Below are positions 11,600 through 22,362 of a stretch of DNA of 64,000 nt, one piece after another. The notes below the pieces were generated by a model. It was not told the origin of the DNA and did no database searches. It was given only the letters and a program-made list of their open reading frames with translations. The position numbers were made by a program, and so were the translations under genes. The stretch is taken from NCBI GenBank assembly GCA_000091205.1, contig AP006502.2, one strand, 5' to 3'. Origin of the DNA: Cyanidioschyzon merolae. Its lineage: Eukaryota. How positions within the stretch are numbered: position 1 is the stretch's first letter; every line of letters begins with the position of its first letter.

Positions 11600-12720
11600 A
11601 GGCTGGATCGTGTCAGCGACTTGGGTCTCGTCTCCAGCACACCGCATATCGTGTGATATGGATGGCGGCGTTAAAGTCTCGGTTCACGAGATCCTTGCGC
11701 GCATTGATTCTGGTGGAACGCGCCAATGCTAGCATTGGTCGAACTCGTGCCCACAGTGCCACTTCAGTCTCGTCATCGCTCCGTCAGAGGCAGACACCCT
11801 TTCTGGTCAACTTCTCCTTTTTCTTCGTCTTCTTCTTCATCACTTGCTCTGCGTCGCTCAACAGTCGGCGAGAAGAGGATTTTTTCGATTTTCTTCGGCG
11901 GTTGGTGGTGACGGCTCTCCAGGATCCTCGACCTGCGTACCAATATCATTCAGTTGGAATTTTCGTTTCTTCAAATGAATGCACTTGTTTATGCCCCTAG
12001 GCGAGGTCCTTCCCGTATCGAAAAGCACTTGCTGAAGGAAGACGAAATGTGCCCCATCATGTGACAATGTGGAGGACGCTTCAGCGATTCGCCGAATAGA
12101 GCGATCCTTACTTTTCACGATAGAAAGCACTCCTTCGATTGTGCTGAATCACCGAAATGTACGGAGGAATGGGAAGCAGCTCTGGCCCTATAGAATCGGG
12201 AAACGCTAGAACGCAAGTGGAATGGTGAAATACCACAATATCCAACAGAAAGACGTCTTCAGACCTCAGAGGAAAGTCTTCAACGAATTGACAAAGAGGT
12301 TGGTGATGTTGTACGCGCCTTCTCTACGTGCGCAACTGAGGCTGCCAAGTGAATCCACTGCACCCAGAACAGACGATGATGTCCGAATTCTCTCCGAGTC
12401 CGATCGTACATACAACGCGTTCCTTCTCCGCGAAGATTCATAGACCCTCTGATCGTCTCGTCCGAGGCAATTCTCATCCATCTTAGAAACAAACAGACGT
12501 CCCTGCGTTCCATACCTATCGCAACGTTGCAGGAACGCTTTAGGTGCAATATCGGTGCAAGATGGCCGTGCTTGAAACTGGACTTTTTGCGACTGTATCC
12601 CAGAGGTTTCAGGACCATACGAACAAGCAGTTGAGAAACAGAGGCACCTGTGGTGGCTTCTATCGTCGCTTTTTGCTTTCCATAAGTTTATGGACAGGTC
12701 GACTTCTACCATCGACCGCA
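11600..12720 (-). mobile_element. Degenerate TnpB/Fanzor-like element, copy C
   Basis: Minus ORF 12266..12721 carries the RuvC-I-like motif SERIRTSSSVLGAVDSLGSLSCARREGAYNITNLFVNSLKTFL, homologous to copy B. The minus strand at about 11645-11700 encodes ARKDLVNRDFNAAIHITRYAVCWRR (RuvC-III). An N-terminal remnant may extend to about 13400. Confidence 0.45.
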
Positions 12721-14421
12721 AGCACGCTTCGAGTGCAAATACTTCACTCTTTCAGTGTTCCTGAACCATCTGGGTCCTGTAGTATGACTAACATGGGTGA
12801 GTAATGGAGTCCTCCTTGCACTGCTCACTAAACAATACGTATCCTACAGGCAATTCGTATACAATCTATACCGTAAAGTTCCATCTTCATTTCGATCTCT
12901 TGCTATTTACCGCAGCAGGGGAGTGAAACAAATTTGAGTTGAAACCCATAATCGGTGCCGCATTCGGGGCAGCCTTGACGGCGACGCGGCATCCTAGTAG
13001 AGTAGGATCTATCGACGGCAAGCGAGCGAGCAAGCGAACTACTCCGTGCTATGCATGCCGTGAGGTGTCCAAGTACCGCCAGCCGGCGGTCAACACCTGC
13101 GGTACAAATAACACTGCCGCTTGACGGATGCTTCTCTGGTTGCTGATGCCCGAAGCGCATTCGGGTGTCCCTGGTCCATGGAAACGAGCTGTCGAGGGGA
13201 AACATGGTCGGTGAGCGTGCATACTGGTAACACTGACGGGCAATGTGTCGCGCGTCATACGCTCATCTGCATCAACGTCAGGTCTCGAGGAGGAAAGGCC
13301 AGGTCCGCGCGTATGCACTGTTCAGGGATTTCCGTTCCATCATTCCGATAACGATGCGCGCATGTCCAGCAGTTTCGAAAGGATGCGCATCACGCCAAGA
13401 ATGCCGCAGGCCAAAAATTTCGGTACGCATTGCTGCCGCCACTAGAGAGCCAGTTCACCGGGACGTATGTGCTAATGCACTTGTGCGGCAGGCACACGCG
13501 TTTCCGCACTTGACAGGATCTGACGCTGACGACTGCAGACGCTTCTCCTGCCCGCGGTATCACTTGAGCGCTACTTCGTCCTCGGCTCAGTTGCGAGGAG
13601 GCGAACGCATGCGCCTCTCCAGATGAGTAGCCTTTTCGTCGCTAGAAAAGAATCCCATGTACCACTGGAGTATTGTGGGGCGTGACGCTCTGAGATGTTA
13701 TCCTTGGCAATTTACAAAGTACCCACTCGAGCAAGAAATGTACGTCAAAAAACATGCGAGGCGCAGTGAACGAGGCGTGCCATTTTTCATCGTACATTAG
13801 CTACATGCGACTCGTGTGGGCGCGATGTGCAGGAAACACCTTACGGACGCTTATCATGAAATTCTCGTGACTCTCACTAGTCTCGACGAACAATCCAAAT
13901 CGTGATCCAATCGAAGCAGCAGCAGTTAGGTTTTCACTCCAAGTCGCGGGATCCGGTGATTGCTCTTCACAAGACGGCCACGCTAAGGTAGCGCACATTT
14001 TGGTTTATGGAGGATCCATGCATTGACCTAGGAGCTCTTGCATCCGCAATCGTTTTCAGCGTCCAAGGAAGCGATCCTGAATCCACTCCAGCCTCCACGA
14101 CGTACTACGATCCCCTGCCAACGCTCTTCGTCGGGAATGATCGTGCAATGCTACCAGCAGCCAGCCGGGTGCCGAACCAAACCTAGGTGCCTCCTTCGAT
14201 ACCCGATATGCCGCTCACGCACGAACGCAGGCTTACAGAGCAGCGCTCAGGCGTCTTGGGGGTACCAACTCGACGCTGTTGCCGCGCATATGACGACGTA
14301 CTGAATGCCCAACGCATCGAATGCGAAGAGGCTCCCATGCAGCCATGCATGCCGCACTGATCGGGCTATCGTCACGCGTTCAGCACCGACTCTTTTTATC
14401 GAATGGATCCAATCTCACATG

Positions 14422-15633
14422 TCATGGATACAAGTTGTGCTCGACATGATTTGCGGCCTCGCAGCAAAGTGCACGTTGGATGCGCACTAGCGCCGCCCTG
14501 GACCAATCGAAGCTCGCCAGGAACAGCGTTGAAGAGGGCATCTTGTACAAAATGCGGAGCCATGTGCCAGCCCATAGCGTCATCGGACCCTCCTCGCGAG
14601 CGATCTGGTAAATGGCCTGCCAGACGCCAGCATACTCGCCGTAGGGCCGGGCCATGAGGCGTGTACGTGCGATGTCCATCGGCATCGTGCAGATCGCCGC
14701 AACGGTGCCGGCTACGCTTCCGGTCCAGACAGGTTTGCGTCCATTACCCAAAGCATCCGCGGTCGCTATATGATGCCCATCACCGGTCTTGGAGTCCGCG
14801 TGCATGCGTCGCTGCACGAAAAACTCATTGAGCGACTCGTAGACAACAAAGAGAGACACTGCGAACGGTACGTCTCGGGCAACTTGAGCCCAAAACCCGC
14901 GATAGAGACCTCCGCGATGCAGAGGCTGTCTCGCCAACGCTCGCAATGCCGATATCGCGTTTTGATGCTGTCCAGTTTGGACTTGCTGTTTGATGACCTC
15001 TGGCGGAACGCGAACCAATGAGGCGACTGTATCCGCCAACGCAGCGGCAATCGCAATACGAACGATCGTCCTCGGTGTTGATCGCCGCACAACATCGGGA
15101 GTCGGCTCTGCAACGTGCATCATGGATTTCAGCGCTTCGTAGGTGGCCATGTAGACGGCCTGGGCGGGTGCGTTTCCGATGACCGCCACCGGGAGGCCGC
15201 GCCAGAAACCCAGTACCCCATGTCGATTGACTATGCTGCGTGCAACGAATACGAGACGACGGTGCCATGGTAACCCCCGAAGCTGTGCCATCGTGGCGCT
15301 CTGCATGTTTGTTTTGATGGTGTCCAGCGGAATGAGTACCGTTCGTGTCACGAAAGCCGCCATGACCCCCGCGGCAAAGTTCACCCACGCTGGAGCGCTC
15401 TCCGCAACTCGTGCACGCTGCACGTCGTGCACATCGTGAGCATTACGGTGCCTTACACTGCACAAGTCTACGGCTGTTCTCATCGAGCTTCGATACCTTT
15501 TCTCAATGGAGACTTGGTGTTCTCGCACCAACAGACCAGGGTGCGCGGCTGCGCGCTCGTAGCCTCGGCAAGCACGCGTCGATAACGCGGGGCTCGATGC
15601 GAACGGCAACCACTCCATTTTCCAAATGCCCAA
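14422..15633 (-). CDS. Mitochondrial carrier family (SLC25) protein, S-adenosylmethionine-carrier-like
   Basis: Three carrier repeats are present: PLDTIKTNMQS, PPEVIKQQVQTG and PMDIARTRLMARP. The PxEV[IV]KQ form of repeat 2 is characteristic of SAM carriers. Six hydrophobic helices are present. The true start is probably an internal Met downstream of 15633. Confidence 0.7.
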   Translation of the reverse strand: MGIWKMEWLPFASSPALSTRACRGYERAAAHPGLLVREHQVSIEKRYRSSMRTAVDLCSVRHRNAHDVHDVQRARVAESAPAWVNFAAGVMAAFVTRTVLIPLDTIKTNMQSATMAQLRGLPWHRRLVFVARSIVNRHGVLGFWRGLPVAVIGNAPAQAVYMATYEALKSMMHVAEPTPDVVRRSTPRTIVRIAIAAALADTVASLVRVPPEVIKQQVQTGQHQNAISALRALARQPLHRGGLYRGFWAQVARDVPFAVSLFVVYESLNEFFVQRRMHADSKTGDGHHIATADALGNGRKPVWTGSVAGTVAAICTMPMDIARTRLMARPYGEYAGVWQAIYQIAREEGPMTLWAGTWLRILYKMPSSTLFLASFDWSRAALVRIQRALCCEAANHVEHNLYP

Positions 15634-15870
15634 CGTATAAACACCCTTTTCCCTAAATGTTATGAGAATGGACGTCTAGTGCATTATCTTTGCACACTTC
15701 ATCCCTGCCGCTCTCTCACGGCACGCTGCCTACGCAACGACGATGAACGTATTCATCGATGCCACGCGCTGCGCCCGGCGCTGCGCATCCAGGAGCGCCG
15801 GCGGCGGCCAGCCGACGCGGCGCGAGACCCGCCGCAGCGTCGCGCGGCATCGCAGCGGGAGAAACTGCTT

Positions 15871-15873
<3 letters not shown>

Positions 15874-15905
<32 letters not shown>

Positions 15906-15913
15906 ACAGCAGT
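15874..15913. repeat. (CAG)n/(CAA) triplet repeat
   Basis: cagcagcagcagcagcagcagcaacagcagcaacagcag, located in a GC-rich spacer full of overlapping spurious ORFs. Confidence 0.85.
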
Positions 15914-16199
15914 AGCGGTGGTAAACGTTGCACGGCGCGATGCGCCCCTGGTTACCCACATCGCTGCGTATGTCATGCTTCATTTCGTGTCTCATAGCGG
16001 ATGCTACGGCCGTGTTCGATTCGAATGCGACGATGAACGATTCGCGCTGATCCTGTCGTTCGCTCATTTTCCGAACTATTTTAGATGTTCAGCCTCGACA
16101 TGCAAGGTGCAGCAGTCAGAGCGTACGGCTAGGCGCCTTGTATAAGGATACTCGGTCGTCGTTCGGGGTAGCTCCTTTGGATCAATGCCGGTTGGATTC

Positions 16200-17330
16200 G
16201 GTACGTCACTGGTATCCATGTGATTCGCAAAGACATTGAACGAGGGTTCGCCAAACTAGCCGATATGATTATCCGATAAATATGCCCAAGCCTCCATGAT
16301 TCTCCTTTTGTCATATGCAGCGTGCTGAATCCACGCATGCTTCAAGTCTTCGACCGTTGTGTTTCGAAGAAATTCGCAGGGCGCAGCAGCTGGCGCCGCT
16401 GGATTGACGACGTAAAATACAACTGCAGGTCGTCTGCTAGCGACTTTTCCATAAGCTCACACCCGAAAGTTCACGGAACCGTTCCCGTCAAATCATCGAT
16501 ACTGATCCACGGACGAGGCCTCCTCTGTTTGTGGCCGTAAATAACATGTCAGTCTACAACAAGCTGATACCTCGAACGAAATATGCTCCCAGAGGCTCCC
16601 GTCTCTCCTGTTACGATGGCAATGGATTTTGAGCTCGGACTTGCGTCATTGGAGCAATCGCGTTGAGCGGAAAGTGCGTCACCGCTTTGCACAAAAGGAG
16701 CCTATACGCATCGAAATTGCCGGACTTGTTCTCGAGACAGGATTTTCCTTCCAGTACTTGCTTCATCATGGACAACATGGCTTCTTCGGATCCTCTGTAG
16801 AATGGAACACGTTGGGCATAATTCTACAGCAGACAGCGTGCTCGCCGAGGGCATCACCCAGAAGAATCATGTTATGGTCGGATATTGTAAAGTGCGTGGA
16901 AACGGAGGAGAGCATTTCGGAGAGCCTCCTGTGTCAGTCAGGGGCATCTGCCGAGCGATAAAGCAAGCGTTCACGCGCCACCCGTCGACGCTGGAATTAG
17001 AAGATGTGATGGACATATGGAAACGCTTGACCACAGTCACCTGTGACCACTGCAAAGCGTGTACCGAGGCGGAATATTAAGAAGATAGACATGTCGAGCG
17101 AGGCTTCGGTCGCAACTTCCGCCTTTGCACGAAATTCATCGACAACGTCCGAAAGTAGTGAAATCAGAGCGTTCACACCGCCGCCAGCTCCCTGCAAATG
17201 CTGACGACGGATCTAAAGAAACAGTAGAAACAGGCGCATTCGTAGCCAGAGATCACAAGGACCTAAAGGAAGCAGTCGAAGAAAAAGCTTACAACGGCTG
17301 ATGTTGATAACAATGTTAAGAGAACCAGTG
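16200..17330 (+). mobile_element. Degenerate TnpB/Fanzor-like element, copy D (subfamily 2)
   Basis: ORF 16629..16961 (RHRFAQK..GFSFQYLLHH..EESISESL..ER*) is homologous at nucleotide and protein level to copy E. ORF 16802..17080 ends ...ELEDVMDIWKRLTTVTCDHCKACTEAEY, a TSQ-like motif followed by CxxC. A degenerate RuvC-III ADVDNNVKR lies at about 17300. Multiple frames are involved. Confidence 0.45.
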
Positions 17331-17466
17331 TTTCATGTGTATGCCCAAGTCAGGTAAGTTGAGCCTTTCCATTTGCTATCGACATTTCGCGTTGCCACTG
17401 GATGCATACGCATACGCGGCGCTGTGCAGGTGCCCAACACCGCAGGAGAACTCGAAACGCCGCCCG

Positions 17467-18095
17467 CATCCAATCGATTTGGGGAAAGCGCCGGCCAATA
17501 TAAAAGACTGCATAATTCAAGAAAAAGCATCCAATCGATTCGGGGAGCAACGACGGCCAATGTAAAAGACTGCATAATTCAAGAAAAAGCATCCAATCGA
17601 TTCGGGGAGCAACGCCGGGCAATATAAAAGACTGCATAATTCAAGAAAAAGCATCCAATCGATTCGGGGAGCAACGACGGCCAATGTAAAAGACTGCATA
17701 ATTCAAGAAAAAGCATCCAATCGATTCGGGGAGCAACGCCGGCCAATATAAAAGACTGCATAATAAAAGACTGCATAATAAAAGACTGCATAATTCAAGA
17801 AAAAGCATCCAATCGATTCGGGGTGCAACGCCGGGCAATGTAAAAGACTGCATAATTCAAGAAAAAGCATCCAATCGATTCGGGGTGCAACGCCGGGCAA
17901 TGTAAAAGACTGCATAATTCAAGAAAAAGCATCCAATCGATTCGGGGTGCAACGACGGCCAATGTAAAAGACTGCATAATAAAAGACTGCATAATTCAAG
18001 AAAAAGCATCCAATCGATTCGGGGTGCAACGCCGGGCAATGTAAAAGACTGCATAATTCAAGAAAAAGCATCCAATCGATTCGGGGTGCAACGCG
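17467..18095. repeat. 62-bp minisatellite, ~10 tandem units
   Basis: The unit is catccaatcgattcgggg(a/t)gcaacg(a/c)cgg(c/g)caat(g/a)taaaagactgcataattcaagaaaaag. Two units carry extra 15-bp taaaagactgcataa sub-repeats. Unit variants alternate. The array produces a ladder of spurious MQSF... minus-strand ORFs. Confidence 0.95.
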
Positions 18096-18195
18096 CACGG
18101 GCACCTCATACACAGATCCGCCGCCAGCGATTGATGCCGAGGCGCGTCTTCCGATCCTAGTCAACAGGCTTCCAGGGCTACGCGCTCTGCTACGA

Positions 18196-19395
18196 GTGCT
18201 TTCTCCCTGGGCGGAGCAGAGGTCTTTGTGTGAGCCATTCACGGGAGTAATGGCCCCTGTCCCCCGACCTGGACCGCTGTCGCCGAGTTCTCGGGGGAAG
18301 ACGAACGCTGCGGGTGAGGAGTGCTCACTGAGTGGCAGCTGCGGACCCGAAGCCTGCACACGTCGGCGAGACGATCGCGTTGCAAAACCGGGACTCTCCG
18401 TTTCTTGTCGCTGGTCTGTTTCCACTAGTCCTGGATCAGCGAGCAAAGTCATAGAGGTGGTCGGAGACCGCGCTCAGGCCACCGTGTTGACGAAAGAGTC
18501 TCGAAGCGTACTCGGAGGCAGCCCGAGTAGTGGACGGCTCTTGCCGTGCCTCGGCTCCGGCAACGGGGTGCCAGGCCAGAGCACGGCGCTGCCGAAAGGC
18601 GCTCCTGCTCGTGGCGCTGGGCGCGAACACCTGGAGCAATCTTTCCTTGACTTTGGGCAGCGGAACGGTGCGGGACCGGTGACTTGCCCCGAGTGCGGAT
18701 GTACATATGTGGTAGGTGTTGCCGCAGACGAACGCGCGCATACCAGCGAACATCAACTGTTCCTTTATGGGGTTCCAGTGACGCACCCTCGCTTCCTCGA
18801 CGCTGCGGTCGATTTGGGCAAAGCCCCTGAGCAGCAGTGGCCCGCGTTTGAGCGCATCCCGGGATGGATTGTGCACGTCAGTACGAGCAGAGGCAGAGCA
18901 AGCGCTGCGCAACACCAAAACAGATCAGGAAATATCCTGCACGTCCAACAGCCATGGTTTAAGACGCTCTGGAGATTGGCCTGTAAGGATTGGAGTGCTC
19001 ATGCGGAAGCATCGGAGCCTACGATACCTTTTGGTACGGAGCTTTCAGAAGCGGTTCCACCAATCTGGATCTTTGTCTATATTGGCAGACAGCGCCGCAA
19101 TGCCATCGGACTTGTCGTCGCGCGTGCCCTGACGCTACGGGAGCCATTAGACCATGTGCGGCAGGAGGCACCCTGGTGTGGACTCGAGCGTGTCTGGGTC
19201 CACACTGCATATCGTCGATGCGGGGTGGCAACCGCTCTCGCGGACACAGCACGAGCACATGTCTGGGCTGCAACAGTGGTTCCGCGCCATCGCTGCGCGT
19301 TCACGGAACTGACTACCGCCGGTGATGCATTTGCAGCTGGGTACGTCGGTGGTCGGGATCGAATTCGGTTGTACAAACCTACAAAGCACATATAG
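18196..19395 (+). CDS. ESCO/Eco1-type N-acetyltransferase (cohesin acetyltransferase)
   Basis: Zinc finger CPECGCTYVVGVAADERAHTSEHQ (zf-C2H2_3 of Eco1). The C-terminal acetyltransferase region is IWIFVYIGRQRRNAIGLVVARALT...RVWVHTAYRRCGVATALAD. The N-terminus is low-complexity. Confidence 0.65.
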   Translation: MLSPWAEQRSLCEPFTGVMAPVPRPGPLSPSSRGKTNAAGEECSLSGSCGPEACTRRRDDRVAKPGLSVSCRWSVSTSPGSASKVIEVVGDRAQATVLTKESRSVLGGSPSSGRLLPCLGSGNGVPGQSTALPKGAPARGAGREHLEQSFLDFGQRNGAGPVTCPECGCTYVVGVAADERAHTSEHQLFLYGVPVTHPRFLDAAVDLGKAPEQQWPAFERIPGWIVHVSTSRGRASAAQHQNRSGNILHVQQPWFKTLWRLACKDWSAHAEASEPTIPFGTELSEAVPPIWIFVYIGRQRRNAIGLVVARALTLREPLDHVRQEAPWCGLERVWVHTAYRRCGVATALADTARAHVWAATVVPRHRCAFTELTTAGDAFAAGYVGGRDRIRLYKPTKHI

Positions 19396-20188
19396 TTTCC
19401 AAGGGCGATATGTGTTGCTACCTTTATCGAGGACGGCTTCTTCTCCGTTTGATGATTTTGTAGAGCGTGCGCGGGGGTCAATGGATGGTGCTATTTTCAG
19501 ATGCTGCGCTCCTGCAGTTCAGGTCGAGTTTCAGTATCGAGGGACAAGGGGTGCAGTGGAGGCGTCCCGGCATCAAGCGAGCCCTGGTTAGCGCGTGGGA
19601 GTCAATGTCCCAGGACGGCGTTCCGTGACGTGTCGCGCGGGTATCCACGGTGATCCTCAGAGATACTCGGCGAAAAAGGTAAAGTGGCGAAATAAAGCCT
19701 CGTTCCTATCGCCGTCATAGAGAGTGATTCAGAGCATGCTCTGGGTGTTTTCTGTGTGCAATGGACCCAGGGTAACCTTCATGAATGGGGAAAAGCGGCG
19801 CGCGGACCTGGGCCGCACATGCCGATGCAACGCTCGTCTTCGACGCCTCTTGAGTCGCTGCGTAAGGCACTCTAGTGATCTGACTGAGTGCATGACAGAT
19901 GCATAAAAAATCTTCAAACAATTCAGTGAAAGATATGATGCGGCGTGAAACGCGAGCCTCACAGGTATCGAGCCGTACTTAGCTGCCGTTCATGATCCCA
20001 GCATCACGAGCAACATCCAGAGACACGCGGGAATCCCCCATTGGGCCTTGCACGCTTCCGAAGTAGGACGATGCAGGGTATCCCATTGTACAGCCATCAA
20101 ATCTTACAGCACTAGACGAGCGGGGTAATCACGCTCCGAGTACTCATCCTTGTCCGCCTTCACGAGAACAATGCCGCTCGATAGCAGT

Positions 20189-21931
20189 TCAACTAGTCAC
20201 TGCATCCTGGCCCTGATCCGCATCATCGGATATATCGAGGCCATCAAGCAACTCATCGAGACTCACACTGGGATAGTCGTCAGACTGGTCTGCATCCGTG
20301 TCTGCTTCAAGCACCGCATACGCATTCATTCCACGCTGTCCGTCGAAACGATTCGCATTCTGAACATTTCGTCGACTCTGACCTTGTGCTCGTTCAGATG
20401 CAGTCCACTTCCGATCCCCAGGATAGCGAATCCCAAGTCGTCCGAGACCATCCTCCACAAACTTGGTGGGATCTTTGTACAGATTCACCGTCGCTCGAAG
20501 CTCCGGATCCTGTTCCAGCTCCTGCATAAACTCCTCACGATCGCGCTCCAGAGCGACATCGCGCTGGTCCCGTTGTCGCCCAGTGACGCGAGCGCCTTCT
20601 CGCAAGGCATGCCGATGCTCACCAACATCGCCATCATCTTTGGGAAGCTCGCGCAAAGTCCATATCCGCTGCTTGGTGCGATCCCTCTGGGGATAACCTC
20701 GCTTCACGAGAACGATTTCCGGCAGTGTCGCTTTCAACGAATCGCTTTGCAGGGATTCGAACAAGTCGCTCTCATTCAAATTGGCCGAAACTAGATCGTA
20801 ACCGAGCACAAGGTCACCCGCCTTGAGAATGTTTCCAAGGTGTGTGCGAACCAAAAACTGTTGATCATTCACACCCAGGTCTGCAGCACGAGCAACCGTT
20901 GCGTCTGCAAGGCGAAATCGCTGGTCCAGGTGCCCGCAGCTAGTCGCCGCTGGATCCCGCTCCACAGGTTCCACATCGAGCACCACAAACGCTGTGAGGC
21001 GACGCGCATTCATCAATGCTGTTAAGCCGAGGCGCCAGTAGGTGGCCCCGTCGATATGGTGCTCAAACCCAGTGAGCGGATCAAGCAGACGAATCTGGTT
21101 CGTGATCCGATGCACGAGCAGGAGGCTGGAGAGTCCACCCAGTTGCGTCGCAACTCGTGGTGGCAGATACACCAGATCCTCGCGGCAAATTGGTGGTATT
21201 TCCGCTGAAAACGTATACTTGTATCGATACACGTTGTTGCTGGGGTCATGCGACACCAGATGATTGCTCTGACGTTGACGAACACAGGCAACGTTATGCA
21301 GAAAGCTCAGGAATTTGAGCGCGTGTGAACGATGAACAAAGTAAAAGTCGAGTCCATCCTTCTGCTGTCGAATGCCTAAAACATCCTCGTGAGCGTTGTG
21401 CTTCAGAATCAACTGCTCAAGATAGAAGAGCGTTCGCTTGTGGTCTACGCGCTGTCGGAGCTGGACGACGGCTTCCCAAGCCTCGATTTTCGCAGCTTCC
21501 CGTTTACAGTCCGCGCACTGCTGGAGTTCCACTACGAACTCAACGATAAACGATTGTTCGAGAATGGTGCGGTTCAGGACTTCGTCCTGTACGGTTAAGC
21601 GAAGTCGGATGCGCCGCGAGTGCGGCTCCGTCCATACAAAAGCCGCATCGACAAGGTGCAGCTTCACAAGCCGCTTCAGTCGCTTTAGACAGATCGTCAT
21701 CAACTCCTTTGATTCAAGATCCGCACGGACCCAAGTTTTCGGTGGAACAAGGTAGCGACCACAGAACTTGCAGTACACCAGCGCACACTGCTTCGGGAAG
21801 CCCTGCGTAAGGTCTACCTGACTCCGCAAACAGTGTACGCACATGTTGCTCGGGTTGGCGGTAATTGGCGCCCCGCAGAGACAACATAGAATCGTGACTG
21901 TCGATTGGTCCTGAACTGAAGTCGTACCCAT
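20189..21931 (-). CDS. NMD3: 60S ribosomal subunit export adaptor NMD3
   Basis: MGTTSVQDQSTVTILCCLCGAPITANPSNMCVHCLRSQVDLTQG...ALVYCKFCGRYL matches the NMD3 N-terminal Cys4 clusters, and the protein is collinear with NMD3 throughout. The start is set at the internal Met at 21931. The longest ORF extends to 22036. Confidence 0.85.
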   Translation of the reverse strand: MGTTSVQDQSTVTILCCLCGAPITANPSNMCVHCLRSQVDLTQGFPKQCALVYCKFCGRYLVPPKTWVRADLESKELMTICLKRLKRLVKLHLVDAAFVWTEPHSRRIRLRLTVQDEVLNRTILEQSFIVEFVVELQQCADCKREAAKIEAWEAVVQLRQRVDHKRTLFYLEQLILKHNAHEDVLGIRQQKDGLDFYFVHRSHALKFLSFLHNVACVRQRQSNHLVSHDPSNNVYRYKYTFSAEIPPICREDLVYLPPRVATQLGGLSSLLLVHRITNQIRLLDPLTGFEHHIDGATYWRLGLTALMNARRLTAFVVLDVEPVERDPAATSCGHLDQRFRLADATVARAADLGVNDQQFLVRTHLGNILKAGDLVLGYDLVSANLNESDLFESLQSDSLKATLPEIVLVKRGYPQRDRTKQRIWTLRELPKDDGDVGEHRHALREGARVTGRQRDQRDVALERDREEFMQELEQDPELRATVNLYKDPTKFVEDGLGRLGIRYPGDRKWTASERAQGQSRRNVQNANRFDGQRGMNAYAVLEADTDADQSDDYPSVSLDELLDGLDISDDADQGQDAVTS

Positions 21932-22227
21932 GGTACGCGACAAGTTCCAACGACCACGAAAGTCGTCGAACAAAGTCAGAGCAAGCGCCTGGAACGACTT
22001 GGCTGCTCCACGTCGCCACAGGCGCCTGCAGGGCAACGCGTTGCGCTGCTGTTAACGCGCTCCTGTTCGGCCAGCCGGTGTCTTCTCCAGCGAACGCGTC
22101 CGAAAGAGGTTTCACAGGGGGGAGCGATTGGTTCTCGTGACCTCTAGTCTCCTATTGAGCAAACAACATAACAGCGCTGGCCGGAAGCTGTTTGGGTCAC
22201 AAGGGATCTGGCCTCTTGATAAGACAA

Positions 22228-22340
22228 GCTACGCGCGGGAACCTTTTGGGAAGCGTTTGGTTATCAAGGGAACGGACCTCTACGTAAATAAGCTGCGCAC
22301 GGGAACCTTTTGAGAAGTGTTTATTCTGCAAGGGAACTGG
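22228..22340. repeat. Imperfect ~45-bp direct repeat x2 in the NMD3/SWIB bidirectional promoter
   Basis: gctacgcgcgggaaccttttgggaagcgtttggttatcaagggaacgg and gctgcgcacgggaaccttttgagaagtgtttattctgcaagggaactgg, about 62 bp apart, between the divergent gene starts at 21931 (-) and 22363 (+). Confidence 0.8.
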
Positions 22341-22362
22341 GTACGAGCTCAGCAGTGGGTAC

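Noticed and set aside
17467-18095. Regular tandem array that might be taken for a CRISPR array, given the adjacent Cas12-like (TnpB-like) sequence
   Set aside because: The whole 62-bp unit repeats with only minor variants. There are no unique spacers between the repeats, and the context is eukaryotic. It is a minisatellite.
17350-18452. Ladder of minus-strand ORFs all beginning MQSF[TI]L..VAPRIDWMLFLELCSLL
   Set aside because: They are translations of the 62-bp minisatellite in one frame and are repeat artefacts.
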